Assembly (NCBI GenBank): GCA_965222375.1
Contig: CBDCTZ010000013.1
Location: forward strand, 128,001-192,000
Length of the DNA stretch: 64,000 bases
Reading direction: 5' to 3'
From: Polyangiaceae bacterium
Lineage (GTDB): Bacteria; Myxococcota_A; Polyangia; Polyangiales; Polyangiaceae
The position numbers and the translations under genes were made by a program. Shown here piece by piece: positions 9,719 through 19,800 of this stretch. Position 1 is the first letter of the stretch; the number at the start of each line of letters is the position of its first letter. The notes under the pieces were generated by a model. It worked only from the letters and a program-made list of their open reading frames with translations. It was not told the origin of the DNA and did no database searches.

Positions 9719-10447
9719 ATGGCAAAAATGGCAAGAAAGCTCATATCCGCACTCGTGACGGCCGGCCTTTGCATCTATTCCGGCTGCGGCGGTGGGGACA
9801 AGCCCGCGAAGGCGCCCACCAACATCGAGGACGGCGAGCCACAAAGGGGCGATCCTGCGACCTTGAACGTGAGTGCCGAGATCGGCGCCATGGACGAAGC
9901 CAAGGTCACCAAAGTGTTCCACAAGAGCATGCGGGCGCTGCAGGGTTGCCTGGGTGAAGGCGCGCAGCGGGTCGAGTTCATTGGCGGCGGCGTGGCGTTC
10001 TTCGTCAAGGTTGGCCAAGACGGCCGTGTCACGCACGCACATCTGGAGCGCTCGACCCTCGGGGATCGGGAGACCGAGAAGTGCATGCTGGACGTGCTGC
10101 GCGGCAAGGACTGGCCCGCGCCGGTCGGCGGCAAAGAGGGCCACGCACGCAACAGCTTCGACTTCGATCCTCCGAACGACGTGCGTCCAGCAGAGGAATG
10201 GCCCAGCGACAAGGTGGAGGAAGCCCTTGACGAGAAGCGATCTGAGATCGCTAGCTGCAAGTCGAACGCTCCCGGCACCTACCAGGTCACGATGTACGTC
10301 AAGACCAGCGGCGAGGCCCTCTCCGTTGGTGTCACGCCACCTAACGCGCAGGGAGAATCGGCCGTTGACTGCCTCGTTGATGCTTTGAAGGCCGCGGAAT
10401 ACCCGAAGCCCGGGAGCTGGCCGGCGAAAGTGTCGTTTTCGCTGTGA
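9719..10447 (+). CDS. Lipoprotein with two AgmX/PglI (TonB C-terminal-like) domains
   Basis: Lipobox YSGC; two repeats of helix-C...V..DGRV/SGEA...C..D.L....PxP. Confidence 0.65.
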   Translation: MAKMARKLISALVTAGLCIYSGCGGGDKPAKAPTNIEDGEPQRGDPATLNVSAEIGAMDEAKVTKVFHKSMRALQGCLGEGAQRVEFIGGGVAFFVKVGQDGRVTHAHLERSTLGDRETEKCMLDVLRGKDWPAPVGGKEGHARNSFDFDPPNDVRPAEEWPSDKVEEALDEKRSEIASCKSNAPGTYQVTMYVKTSGEALSVGVTPPNAQGESAVDCLVDALKAAEYPKPGSWPAKVSFSL

Positions 10448-11187
10448 GCGACAAGCGCGCTCTGGTCACCGGCGCAGGCATGCGCGTGGGGCGAGAGATA
10501 TCCCTTGCTTTGGCAGGCGCTGGCTACGACTTGGCCGTGCACTATCGCCAAAGCCGCGAGGGGGCAGAGGGGGTCGCCAGTTTGGCGCGAACGCGTGGGC
10601 TGCGAGCGGAGATCGTGCAAGCGGACTTGCGGCAGCGCAAGGCATGTGTCGGGTTGGTCAACGCGGCAATCGAGGCGCTTGGCGGGCTGGACCTATTAGT
10701 CGTCAATGCCGCAGAGTTCGTGCGGACGCCGCTCGAAGATCTCGACGAGGCCGCGTGGAACGGCGCCTTGGAGCTGAACCTGTCCGCTGGGCTCTGGCTC
10801 ACGCTGGCTGCTACTGAGGCGCTGCGGCAGACCCAGGGCAACATCGTATTCGTCACCTGTTCCAGTACCACGGTACCGTTCAGGAACTACCTGCCCTACG
10901 TGGTCGCGAAGGGTGGCCTGCGGCATCTGATGAAAACCTTGGCCCTTGAGCTGGCGCCCAAGGTTCGCGTCAACGCCGTTGCGCCAGGCACGGTCTTGCC
11001 ACCACCCGACATGGGCGCCGCTGCGGTGGCGCGCTTGGTCAAGAGCGTGCCGTTGGGGCGAGTGGGCAGCGGCGAAGACATCGCGCGAGCTGTTGTTTAC
11101 CTCGCTGGAGCGAGCTACGTGACCGGCGAGGAGATCCGCGTGGATGGGGGTCGCGCGTTGGCCCGGGTCGAACGATTCGAAAGGTAG
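10444..11187 (+). CDS. SDR oxidoreductase, pteridine reductase/FolM-like
   Basis: TGAGMRVG, VHYRQS, YxxxK (YVVAK), RVNAVAPG, VDGG motifs. Confidence 0.85.
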   Translation: MSDKRALVTGAGMRVGREISLALAGAGYDLAVHYRQSREGAEGVASLARTRGLRAEIVQADLRQRKACVGLVNAAIEALGGLDLLVVNAAEFVRTPLEDLDEAAWNGALELNLSAGLWLTLAATEALRQTQGNIVFVTCSSTTVPFRNYLPYVVAKGGLRHLMKTLALELAPKVRVNAVAPGTVLPPPDMGAAAVARLVKSVPLGRVGSGEDIARAVVYLAGASYVTGEEIRVDGGRALARVERFER

Positions 11188-11316
11188 GAGGCGCCTGCAC
11201 CCTGAACGCAATTTTTCCGCGGGATTGTAAGTTGATCGATACGGTTGACATGAAGGACAACATCCGACACCGTAGTTGCAGAACCTACATGGCCCTACAG
11301 CCTACGGAGGACGATC

Positions 11317-12471
11317 ATGTCTCGATCAATTTGGGGAATCGCACTGCTAGCAACGGCAATTCCGTTTGCGGGTTGCTCGAGTTCGGACTCGGATCCGGCA
11401 AAGCCTGGGCCCGGATCGTCCGGTGATGAACGGCGTCTGAAGATCGGCAAAGCCGACCTGAGCGGCAGCTGCATCGACGGCAATAAGAACTACTGCGGCG
11501 GCAAGAGCGGCGGCAACTGCTGGTGCGACGAAGCCTGCTCCCAATATGGGGATTGCTGCGCGGACGCAGAAGATTCCTGCGGCGCCGGCGCAAACACCAG
11601 CTGCAAGTCGACCGAAGATTGCAAACCCGGCGAGTACTGCAAGTCCGACGACGGCTGCGCCACGGACGGCGTCTGCGAGCCCAAGCCTTTGAACGTGTTC
11701 TGCGCAGCGGTCGCGACCGACTACTGCAGTTGTGACGGCGAGACCAAGTTCGCTTCCAGCGGTTGCATCTTCGATCGCTACGAGCACATCGGCGCGTGTC
11801 AGAAGAAGACCTGCGGCGGCATTGCTGGAACGAAGTGCGCGCAGGGCGAAATCTGCCTCGACGACCCGAGCGATACATGTGATCCCAACAACGGCGGGGC
11901 GGACTGCATCGGTATCTGCAAGCCGAAGACCTTCTGCGGCGGCATCGCCGGCATCCCCTGCCCGGATGGCTACAAGTGCGTGGACGACGGCGACGACAAC
12001 TGTGATCCGGCCTTTGGTGGGGCGGATTGCGGTGGTGCGTGCGTGCCGAATCCCAGTTGCTCACAAGTCATGTGCACTCTGTACTGCCCCTTGGGCTTCC
12101 AGACCGGCGCCGATGGCTGCCCGATTTGCAAGTGTAACGAACCCCCCGCGCAAAATAGCTGTGCCGGTAATTGCGGAGCCCCGAGCCCCGACAAGAGCTG
12201 CTACTGCGACAAGAAGTGCGAGCAATACAACGATTGCTGCTCGGACTACGCCACGGAGTGCAAGGCAGATCGCACGCCTGCCGGCGGGCAGTGCGTGAAG
12301 AACTCCAACGACGCTTGCAGCACCGACGCGGACTGCCTCGGCGGCGGGTGCGGCGGCGAACTTTGCTACAACCCGGCTTTGGGCGGCGGTATCAGCACCT
12401 GCGAGTGCACGGCCCCGACCAACGTCGCCGGCTGCGGCTGCGTCAACAACAAGTGCACTTGGTACAACTGA
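11317..12471 (+). CDS. Cys-rich multidomain lipoprotein (two somatomedin-B-like, one antistasin-like and other Cys modules)
   Basis: GGAGGA RBS; lipobox FAGC; CxCDxxCxxYxDCCxD twice; CxxxxCxxxCPxGFxxxxxGCxxCxC. Confidence 0.85.
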   Translation: MSRSIWGIALLATAIPFAGCSSSDSDPAKPGPGSSGDERRLKIGKADLSGSCIDGNKNYCGGKSGGNCWCDEACSQYGDCCADAEDSCGAGANTSCKSTEDCKPGEYCKSDDGCATDGVCEPKPLNVFCAAVATDYCSCDGETKFASSGCIFDRYEHIGACQKKTCGGIAGTKCAQGEICLDDPSDTCDPNNGGADCIGICKPKTFCGGIAGIPCPDGYKCVDDGDDNCDPAFGGADCGGACVPNPSCSQVMCTLYCPLGFQTGADGCPICKCNEPPAQNSCAGNCGAPSPDKSCYCDKKCEQYNDCCSDYATECKADRTPAGGQCVKNSNDACSTDADCLGGGCGGELCYNPALGGGISTCECTAPTNVAGCGCVNNKCTWYN

Positions 12472-12492
12472 GCTGAGTGCAAATGAACAACA

Positions 12493-12529
12493 GGGGCTGC
12501 TTCGTGAAGAGGCAGCCCCGGGTTCTTTT
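12493..12529 (+). terminator. Rho-independent terminator between convergent genes
   Basis: GGGGCTGC-(TTCGTGAAGAG)-GCAGCCCC stem followed by GGGTTCTTTT. Confidence 0.7.
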
Positions 12530-12555
12530 GTGGTTGGGTGCTCGAACCGAGGGCG

Positions 12556-13446
12556 CTAGCCGTCCATGAACACGACCACACCGTCAACGCTGGTCGCTTC
12601 GACGGGCTTGCCGATCTTGAGCCGCTCGGCAGCGATCCCCTGGCTGACGAGTTCGGCTTGGACTCGTGCGGACAAGGGCATGGGCGGAGGCGCGCCGTTC
12701 GGTGGAGAGGGTGCTTTGGCTTGCGACACGTCCGGCGCGCCGTTGGCTTCAGTCGGCGCTGGGTTCGGCGGTGCCGCGACCGCTGCGGCATCAGAAAGCT
12801 CGAACTTCAAGGACTTGCGAAGTTTGGCCACCCGGGAGATGGCCGCGAAGGCCTGACCCGCCACAGGACCGGGCTTTTCGCCGAGTTCGTCCTTGGGAAT
12901 GAGCAGCTCGACGCGACCCTCTCTTGCGGAAAGTTCGATGCTGCCCAGGGCGATCGACTTGTGCAGCAAGATGCTCAAGTCTCGAACCAAATCGGCCCGC
13001 GAGGCGACGGTCTTTTCCGCTTCGGCCAGGCGATCAGCGCGTGCCTTGGTTGCAGACAGGGCATCAGCAAGTCGTTTCTTCTCGTCGGCGAACGCGCGCA
13101 AGTGATCGCCGACCCGTGAGAGCTCGCCGCGCAATTGGTCCACGAGATCACTTGCGCTCTGCCTTTCTTGCTGGCTGATGCTCTGCGCCAGCTCGGCCTC
13201 GGCGATCTTCTGGTCACGCTGCTCCAGCCGCTTTTCGCGCTCTCGGATGGCGTTTTCCGCTTTGGCAAGCTTGTTGGAGATGACGGCCAGCTCAGCGAGG
13301 GTGCGGCGATGGGCTTCCTGCTCCACCGCGACCACGGATCGAGCCTCTTCGTAGCGGGTCTGGGGAACGACGCAGCCGGCGATCAATGGCAGCAGAAGCG
13401 CAGTTCTCATGAGTGGAAGTAGGGAAACGAAACGTTTGAAGGTCAT
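12556..13446 (-). CDS. Coiled-coil lipoprotein with degenerate MotB/OmpA-like C-terminus
   Basis: Lipobox IAGC-V; long heptad coiled coil; C-terminal LSARVQAELVSQGIAAERL resembles the OmpA-domain RAxxVxxxLxxxGI motif. Confidence 0.6.
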   Translation of the reverse strand: MTFKRFVSLLPLMRTALLLPLIAGCVVPQTRYEEARSVVAVEQEAHRRTLAELAVISNKLAKAENAIREREKRLEQRDQKIAEAELAQSISQQERQSASDLVDQLRGELSRVGDHLRAFADEKKRLADALSATKARADRLAEAEKTVASRADLVRDLSILLHKSIALGSIELSAREGRVELLIPKDELGEKPGPVAGQAFAAISRVAKLRKSLKFELSDAAAVAAPPNPAPTEANGAPDVSQAKAPSPPNGAPPPMPLSARVQAELVSQGIAAERLKIGKPVEATSVDGVVVFMDG

Positions 13447-13457
13447 GACGGTTTTCC

Positions 13458-13790
13458 TCAAACCAGAGAGACGCCGCGCAAGCTGAGCAGGTCTACGTGC
13501 TCGGCGAGGGTGAGTCGGTCCGCGTCCTTGATTTCGACGAAGCGGAAGGCCTGCTGAGTTCCACGGCTCCACACGGGGCGTGCAACGGCGACCAGCGCGC
13601 GCAAGCGCTCGGGGAGCCTGAGCTCCAAGCGTTGGATCATCGATTGGTCACGGGGCGCAACGGGCCGACCGCGATCGATGATGAGTCCGGAGGGTGACAC
13701 TTCGATGCCTCGACACATGGACGTGCGTCCGCCCTCGCGCTGAATGACCTTGAAATCGGTTCGTCCTCTTAGCCCATGTCGCCGAATCAT
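13458..13790 (-). CDS. PilZ domain protein
   Basis: RRHGLR (RxxxR) and EVSPSG (D/ExSxxG) motifs; VARPVW and AFRF strands. Start uncertain. Confidence 0.75.
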   Translation of the reverse strand: MIRRHGLRGRTDFKVIQREGGRTSMCRGIEVSPSGLIIDRGRPVAPRDQSMIQRLELRLPERLRALVAVARPVWSRGTQQAFRFVEIKDADRLTLAEHVDLLSLRGVSLV

Positions 13791-14016
13791 CGCGGGAACC
13801 CTCCTGAGAAACGCGATCGTACGGGCCCGTCGTCCCCCGGGGCCAACTTCAGGCACACATTATCCTACATGTTTGATGAAGCAGTTATGGAAGCGCTCGC
13901 AACTTCAACACATCTTGATCCGCAAGGCATCGGCAACCGGAAGGCTTTCACTGACCGCCAAGGCCTCATCCAAGACAGGCGCCACGCCCTCTAGGGGACG
14001 GAGACTGTAACTGGAA

Positions 14017-15585
14017 TCAGTAGCTGATCGTTTGCGTGTGGAGCGTCGCGCCGCTGTCGGCGATGAACTTGACCTGAATCGTCGGCGGCACCGCGTTGGG
14101 ATCCGCTTCAAACACCGTGATGCTGCTGGTGCCCGTCTTGAAGTCGAAGTGCGGGGGCCCGGGCAACGTGGCCCATAGGGGGTTGGCGCTGTAGTCGCCG
14201 GGGCCCATCAAAACTTCGCGAAACGGCGACCACTTGCCCGTTGGCTCGATCCGGGTTGAGGCGCCCAAATGGAAGTCGCCAGACACGAAGAGCACGCCAG
14301 GGATCTTGTTCTGGATCAGGAAGTCCAACAGCTTGGTGCGCTGCGCGGCGTAACCCTCCCAGCGATCGTTGGCTGCGAAGTCGAATAGCCCGGGGAAATT
14401 CGTAATCGGTACCGAGTTGACGATGATCTTGAAGGTGGCGGTGCTGTTCTGGAGGCCCGCGATCAGCCAAGAGAACTGAGCCTGCGAGAGGTATTCGGCG
14501 TTGGGCCCCAATGCGGTGGAGGGCTTGCGCTCGCCCCGAGCGTCGAGAACGAAGATCTCCAACGTGTCCCCCCACTTGTAGCTTCGCCAGAGTCGGTTCG
14601 GGTTCGTGGCGGAGCGACGAATTGGCAGGTGCTCGTAGAAAGCCTGTCGGGCATCGGCGAGGCGCCCGGCGGGAAACGTCTCAGGGTTCCAGTTGTTGTC
14701 AACTTCGTGGTCGTCCCAGGTTGCGTAGTGCGCCGTGCTCTGAAGCGCCTCCTGGTAAGTGCCCTCACCGATTTGACCGAGCCATTTGGAGCGGTAGTCC
14801 GCAAGAGTCTTGGCGGAATCGTTGTAGGTGGTGTCCCCGGCCAGAATGAAGAAGTCGAGCTTCTGCTCGCCCGCACGCTTGAGCGCATCGAAGGGAGCAC
14901 GGTCGTTCTTGGTGCAGGACGTGCCACCGAAGCGCAGCTTGACCTTGGCACCGGCGAGAGGTGCGGTCACGAACCGCCCGATGGGAGAGCGGGCGCTGAA
15001 GCTCGTTCCCTGCTGCTGCAGGAACACGTAGGAAAGCTCGGTCAAGGAGGGCAGACCGACCGCATCGATATGCACGTAGCCGTCGGCAGTCGGCGTGACT
15101 GGCGTATCGAAGAACACCAAGGCCTTGCCCGGCGTGGTCGGAGTGTAGACCCGGGCCACGACTGGAGCAGAGCCGGAGTACTTCGTCCACAGCATCACGG
15201 CCGTGGCCGTGGGGTCTCCGGACTGGATCCCAATCGGGAAGGCGTTCTTGGATTCGGTGATCGTGGTCGGGTCGAAGTTCATCTCCGTGCCGCCGCTGCC
15301 GCCAGAGCCCGCTGCGCCGGCGGAGCCCGCGCTACCCGCCGTACCTGCGGAACCACTCGCGCCGCCCTGACCCGCAGCGCCACCGGTGACGCTGCCCGCG
15401 CTACCTCCCGTCGCGATGGCCCCGGTGCCACCCGTCGCCCCGCCGGTCCCCGAGCTACCTCCGCCCAGGCCGCCACCGCCCGAGACAGCCCCGGCCCCTC
15501 CCCTGCCGCCGCTGGAGTCTTCGTCAGAGCTTCCACAGGAAACGACCACGGAGAGCAGGATCACGGCGAGTGCGGGCGGGCGCAT
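14017..15585 (-). CDS. phoD: Alkaline phosphatase D (PhoD) family lipoprotein
   Basis: Lipobox VSC, Gly-rich linker, FPIGIQSGDP, SC, AGDTTYND, WDDHEVDNN, LDAR, DRWEGY, SGDFH. Confidence 0.88.
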   Translation of the reverse strand: MRPPALAVILLSVVVSCGSSDEDSSGGRGGAGAVSGGGGLGGGSSGTGGATGGTGAIATGGSAGSVTGGAAGQGGASGSAGTAGSAGSAGAAGSGGSGGTEMNFDPTTITESKNAFPIGIQSGDPTATAVMLWTKYSGSAPVVARVYTPTTPGKALVFFDTPVTPTADGYVHIDAVGLPSLTELSYVFLQQQGTSFSARSPIGRFVTAPLAGAKVKLRFGGTSCTKNDRAPFDALKRAGEQKLDFFILAGDTTYNDSAKTLADYRSKWLGQIGEGTYQEALQSTAHYATWDDHEVDNNWNPETFPAGRLADARQAFYEHLPIRRSATNPNRLWRSYKWGDTLEIFVLDARGERKPSTALGPNAEYLSQAQFSWLIAGLQNSTATFKIIVNSVPITNFPGLFDFAANDRWEGYAAQRTKLLDFLIQNKIPGVLFVSGDFHLGASTRIEPTGKWSPFREVLMGPGDYSANPLWATLPGPPHFDFKTGTSSITVFEADPNAVPPTIQVKFIADSGATLHTQTISY

Positions 15586-15670
15586 GATCCGATCATACAA
15601 CCCCGGCTCGAGTCGGGCCCGAGGGTCGACAATCTTGCCTGTTTTCGAATATTTGGGCGACAACGCGGGC

Positions 15671-16822
15671 GTGAATGGGACCCGAATAGGCGCTCTGGTT
15701 GCCGGGCTGTTGGCGCCGTTCCTACTCGCTACTTGGGCACAGGGAGGCGGCAAGCTCGATCTCTCGCGGCTGAAGCACAAGGACGGAGCCGTGGTGGCGA
15801 AATCTGCCGAGGGCAATGAGGTCACCACCACATTGGACCCACGGTTGCAGCGCGCGACGGGACGACTGGTGGCCCGGGCCAACCCTCTGGCCGCCGCGGC
15901 GGTTCTCATCGACGCGCGAAATGGCAACGTACTGGCCCTCGTGGAACGCGCACACGCAGGCAAATCCTTTGGCTCGCTACTGCTTCGACCCTCAGCACCC
16001 TCAGCAAGCTTGTTCAAGCTCGTGACGACGGCAGCGTTGTTGGAACGAGGTCACGTCAACCCAAAGCTTCGAGTCTGCACTCGAGGCGGTCAGCGCCGCA
16101 TCGAGCGCCGGCACCTAGAGGCGCCGAAACTCGCCGGCACACGCTGCAACCTCTTCTTCTCCGCCTTGGGTCACAGCCGAAACGCCGTGTACGCGCAGCT
16201 GGTCACGACGCATCTGATGCATCGCGACCTTGCTGCCACCGTCGACGCTTTCGGTCTCAATGCCGCCGTGCCCTTCGACGTCCCTACCCGCGCAGCCCGA
16301 GTCCACTTGCCCTACGGCGATCTGGCCTTCGCGCGAACTGCGGCAGGTTTTGAAAACGTGCGCCTGTCGCCGCTGGGTGCCGCACAACTGGCAGCCGTCG
16401 TGATGACGGGGGGACGGAAGATGCGGTTCTTCGTCAAGGGCAACCGTGCCAAATCCCGCACCTTGGAAGGGCGCGCGATCAGCGAGCCGGTCGCGCACAC
16501 GCTGCGTCGCATGATGGAGGTGACGGTTCACGCCGGCACGTCCCTGGACGCCTTCAGCAGCGCGGACGGCCGTAGCCACCTCGGCAGCATTCGGGTCGCG
16601 GGCAAGACCGGAACGCTGAAGCCCAGCGCAAGGGCTCCAACCACGAGTTGGTTCGTCGGCTTCGCGCCCAGCAGAAAGCCCGAAGTCCTCGTCAGCGTCG
16701 TGATGCAGAACGGCAAGGTTTGGCGACAAAAGGCCAATCAGATCGCCCGCGACATGTTGCGGGTTTGGTTTGCCCGGCGCCGCGCTGCTGGGGTGAGCGA
16801 TCCCTTCGCAGCCAAGCCTTGA
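15671..16822 (+). CDS. Penicillin-binding protein, transpeptidase domain only
   Basis: TTLDPRLQ, SLFK (SxxK), SRN (SxN), KTGT, SWFVGFAP. Confidence 0.85.
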   Translation: MNGTRIGALVAGLLAPFLLATWAQGGGKLDLSRLKHKDGAVVAKSAEGNEVTTTLDPRLQRATGRLVARANPLAAAAVLIDARNGNVLALVERAHAGKSFGSLLLRPSAPSASLFKLVTTAALLERGHVNPKLRVCTRGGQRRIERRHLEAPKLAGTRCNLFFSALGHSRNAVYAQLVTTHLMHRDLAATVDAFGLNAAVPFDVPTRAARVHLPYGDLAFARTAAGFENVRLSPLGAAQLAAVVMTGGRKMRFFVKGNRAKSRTLEGRAISEPVAHTLRRMMEVTVHAGTSLDAFSSADGRSHLGSIRVAGKTGTLKPSARAPTTSWFVGFAPSRKPEVLVSVVMQNGKVWRQKANQIARDMLRVWFARRRAAGVSDPFAAKP

Positions 16823-16824
16823 GC

Positions 16825-17862
16825 TCAGTGCTGAGTCTCCAGACCCACCTCCGCCCAGGCCAACATGCCGCCCTCCAGATTGCTCACCTGGGCGAAGCCA
16901 GAGCTGGTCAGCATGGCCGCCGCAGTGGCACTGCGAGCGCCTGCTCGACATACCATGACGAGCTCCCCATCAACGTAGCCCGCAAGCTTGGGCAAGCGCT
17001 GTTCGAGGGAATCCATGGGCACCAACAGGGCGCCGGGAACGTGGCCGAGAGGCCCGACGAACTCTTCCGGCTCGCGGACATCGACCACAACGGGGGGCGA
17101 TTTGGTCTTCAGCGCCTCCGCCAGCCCCACCGCCGAAACGGTGCGGACCTTCACTACATCGCCCATCGAAGGGAACTCCACTTCATTCGCTTCGAAACCT
17201 GATTGATTGACCTGCAGCGCCTGCTGAATTCGGTCGGGGAGCGGCAACCCCAAGTTCGCCATCAGGTCGCAGTACTCTTTTCGAGAGCGATTGGAAAAGC
17301 GCGCATTGGATGTGCGCTCGCGCGCAATGGTGCTCACAGTATTGCCTTTGTAGTCGTGACCCGGGTGCACCACTGTCTCGCCGGGAAGCGCGAATAGACG
17401 CTTGGTGACTGCGTCGAATTGCGCCGCCGCATCCCCACCTGGAAAGTCCGTGCGGCCGGATCCGCCGATCAACAAGGTGTCACCCGTGAGCACCGCACCG
17501 GGGATCACGTAACAGACCGAGTCTCGAGTGTGGCCTGGCGTATGCCACACCGTGATGGACTCCTCGCCCAGCGGGATCACGTCTTCGTCTTCTAGATGGC
17601 GATCCACTAGGGGGCTCGGACTGTTCTTGTGCATTGCCAGCGGCGCGCCCAAGAGCTTCTTTTCCAGTCGGCCCAACATCAGATGGTCGGCGTGGGTGTG
17701 GGTCTCGAGCAGCAAGGCGAGGTTGAGCTCGCGTCGGCGGACCTCAGCCAAATAACTCGGGACCCGCTCCCGCACCGGGTCCACGAGTGCCGCCTGATCC
17801 CCGGACACAAGCAGATAGCTGCGACAGTTCGAGTGGTTGAGTTCCTGGACCTCAATCGCCAT
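16825..17862 (-). CDS. MBL-fold persulfide dioxygenase (ETHE1-like) fused to rhodanese
   Basis: THTHADH, HTPGHT, TGDTLLI..GRTDF, PGHDY; C-terminal DVREPEE...CRAGARS rhodanese. Confidence 0.88.
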   Translation of the reverse strand: MAIEVQELNHSNCRSYLLVSGDQAALVDPVRERVPSYLAEVRRRELNLALLLETHTHADHLMLGRLEKKLLGAPLAMHKNSPSPLVDRHLEDEDVIPLGEESITVWHTPGHTRDSVCYVIPGAVLTGDTLLIGGSGRTDFPGGDAAAQFDAVTKRLFALPGETVVHPGHDYKGNTVSTIARERTSNARFSNRSRKEYCDLMANLGLPLPDRIQQALQVNQSGFEANEVEFPSMGDVVKVRTVSAVGLAEALKTKSPPVVVDVREPEEFVGPLGHVPGALLVPMDSLEQRLPKLAGYVDGELVMVCRAGARSATAAAMLTSSGFAQVSNLEGGMLAWAEVGLETQH

Positions 17863-17945
17863 GGAAAACATCATGCACCGAGCGCGTAGCTCCGTCGACC
17901 CGTACGATTGGGGCGGTTCGAAGGTTCGGCCCCCGGATCTGACTT

Positions 17946-19667
17946 TCAGCCTCGGCGTCGGCGCAGCATGCCCAGCGCAGCGAAAGCCAGGAGTGACAAG
18001 CTGGAAGCCGGCGCAGGCGCGCCCACGACGCGGCAACCACAGCTGGACTTCTTTTCCGCCGGGGCATCGCCGCCTTCGCCAACGCCACCGTCAGGCTCGG
18101 CAACGATGCCAGCGAGGCCCAGGCTCGGAACCGGCGTCTTCACGATCTTCGAGGGCTTGATCTGCTTGCGGTTCTTGCGCGCCAAATCCGTGGCGACCCA
18201 GATCTTGCGCAAGCCGCGGTAGGTGCGGGGGGGCTTGCCCCAGCGATGCCGCTCCGGCCTCTCGCACTTCATCATGCCCTTCCACGGGTGGAAGTGGTTG
18301 TAGCGGGTCTGCAGCTTGTTGGCCTTGGCGGGAACGACTTTGGTGGATATCTCGTGATCCACGCCCTTGGGGATCCCGGCGCCGCCCGTGACGGGTGGTG
18401 CGGGAGCCAACACGAAGTCCTCAGGCAAGTTGGACTTGTCGTAACGGTGATGCAGGCGAGTCAGGATGTACTTGTTGCGCGCGATGATGGCTTTCTTCTT
18501 GGCGACCATCTTGCGCTCTTCCTCGAAGGTCTTTTCGTATTCCCTCTTCTCTTTGCCTTTCAACTCCTTCTGGCGAGCCTTGTGCGCGTTCTCCTGGGCC
18601 TCGGTCAGTTCCGGCGGCTCCGGGTCCCGCTCTTCCTCGGGCACCCACTGTTCGAAAACGTCGCCGCCCAGACTGATCAGCTCGTGGGGCAGTAGGCGCT
18701 CGTTCTGACAAGGCTGCCCGCAACCGGCTGTGTGCCATGCGTACTCAGCCAGTACGCCCTTCGGATTCTTGGCCAAGGAGAGGTCGTGCATCCCGGCGTA
18801 GAGTTCGCCCATGCGCTCCTTTGCCTTGAACTCCACGTTGAGGTTGGTCGGGGCGAAGATGGTGTCGTAGTTCTTCACTTCGAAACGCGAAGTCGGGTGA
18901 AAAACATAGACAAAGAGCTCTTGCCTGCCGTCGCCGCTGAGCAGCCCGAGTTTGACGGGCAGCGTCGTGACCGGCTTCTCGGACCAGAAGCGGATCGGGG
19001 AGAGAATCGCGAAGTCGCCGCCGGCAAGCTCGATGCGCTTGGAGTCCACTTCAGCGACCAGGATCTTCATGCCCTTGTCGACGTAGGGGCGAATCGCAGC
19101 AGCTGCGCCTTTGGGAGCGGTGTAACCCTTGCCAGAAAGGTAACCGACGACGTCCTTGCTCTCCTCCTCTGAAAGCAGTGCAAACGAGTACTCGCCCTCT
19201 TTGAAGTCGGCATCGGTTTGAATGAACAGCTCTTTGGCGACCTTCTTGGTCGGGTCGCCAATCTTGGGTCCTCCCAAAAAGTCGGTGGAAGCGCTGGCCT
19301 TCATGCTCTGTTCCCAATACTGCACCGGCTTGCCGGGATCGCAGGGGTCCCACTCCCAAAACTCGTGGAAGCGCGGTGCAGTCAGACTCTCGACGCGATC
19401 GACGAACTCGCGTTTGAGGGTTTTCACGCGTTCGAGTTCGACGTCGGCGGGCACCGCCAACACCAAAGCGAAGGGCGTCAGCGGCCCGGAGTACTCGGGC
19501 ATGACGGTCACGACGCTCGCTTCGCCACGGCGCATGACCACGATGTGGCTCGACGGTGCGGTGCGCTTGTCAGCACCCTTTCCTGCGTAAAAGCCGGGCA
19601 GCGACTGGGCAGGGGTCGCCACAATCAGGAGCCCGACGATGAAGAGCGCGGACAGTACTCGCTTCAT
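17946..19667 (-). CDS. DUF2330-like secreted protein with MYXO-CTERM sorting signal
   Basis: Signal peptide, GFYAG, TAPRFHEFW, LTRLH.RY; C-terminal SSCGCRV-TM-RRRRG. Confidence 0.8.
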   Translation of the reverse strand: MKRVLSALFIVGLLIVATPAQSLPGFYAGKGADKRTAPSSHIVVMRRGEASVVTVMPEYSGPLTPFALVLAVPADVELERVKTLKREFVDRVESLTAPRFHEFWEWDPCDPGKPVQYWEQSMKASASTDFLGGPKIGDPTKKVAKELFIQTDADFKEGEYSFALLSEEESKDVVGYLSGKGYTAPKGAAAAIRPYVDKGMKILVAEVDSKRIELAGGDFAILSPIRFWSEKPVTTLPVKLGLLSGDGRQELFVYVFHPTSRFEVKNYDTIFAPTNLNVEFKAKERMGELYAGMHDLSLAKNPKGVLAEYAWHTAGCGQPCQNERLLPHELISLGGDVFEQWVPEEERDPEPPELTEAQENAHKARQKELKGKEKREYEKTFEEERKMVAKKKAIIARNKYILTRLHHRYDKSNLPEDFVLAPAPPVTGGAGIPKGVDHEISTKVVPAKANKLQTRYNHFHPWKGMMKCERPERHRWGKPPRTYRGLRKIWVATDLARKNRKQIKPSKIVKTPVPSLGLAGIVAEPDGGVGEGGDAPAEKKSSCGCRVVGAPAPASSLSLLAFAALGMLRRRRG

Positions 19668-19800
19668 GGTCGCGAGAGGCTAGAACAAATCCCGAGCCCA
19701 GTCATTCTGCAGCCACGACAAAAGTCAGCGCCAGCGCACGCCCAGCCGCTGACCGCAGGCATAGACCGGCGACCCCGAGAGATCGTAGCCTCCGGGAGCG

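Noticed and set aside
17880..17945. tRNA-like fragments (GCGCGTAGCTC, GGTTCGAA)
   Set aside because: No cloverleaf, anticodon arm, acceptor pairing or CCA.
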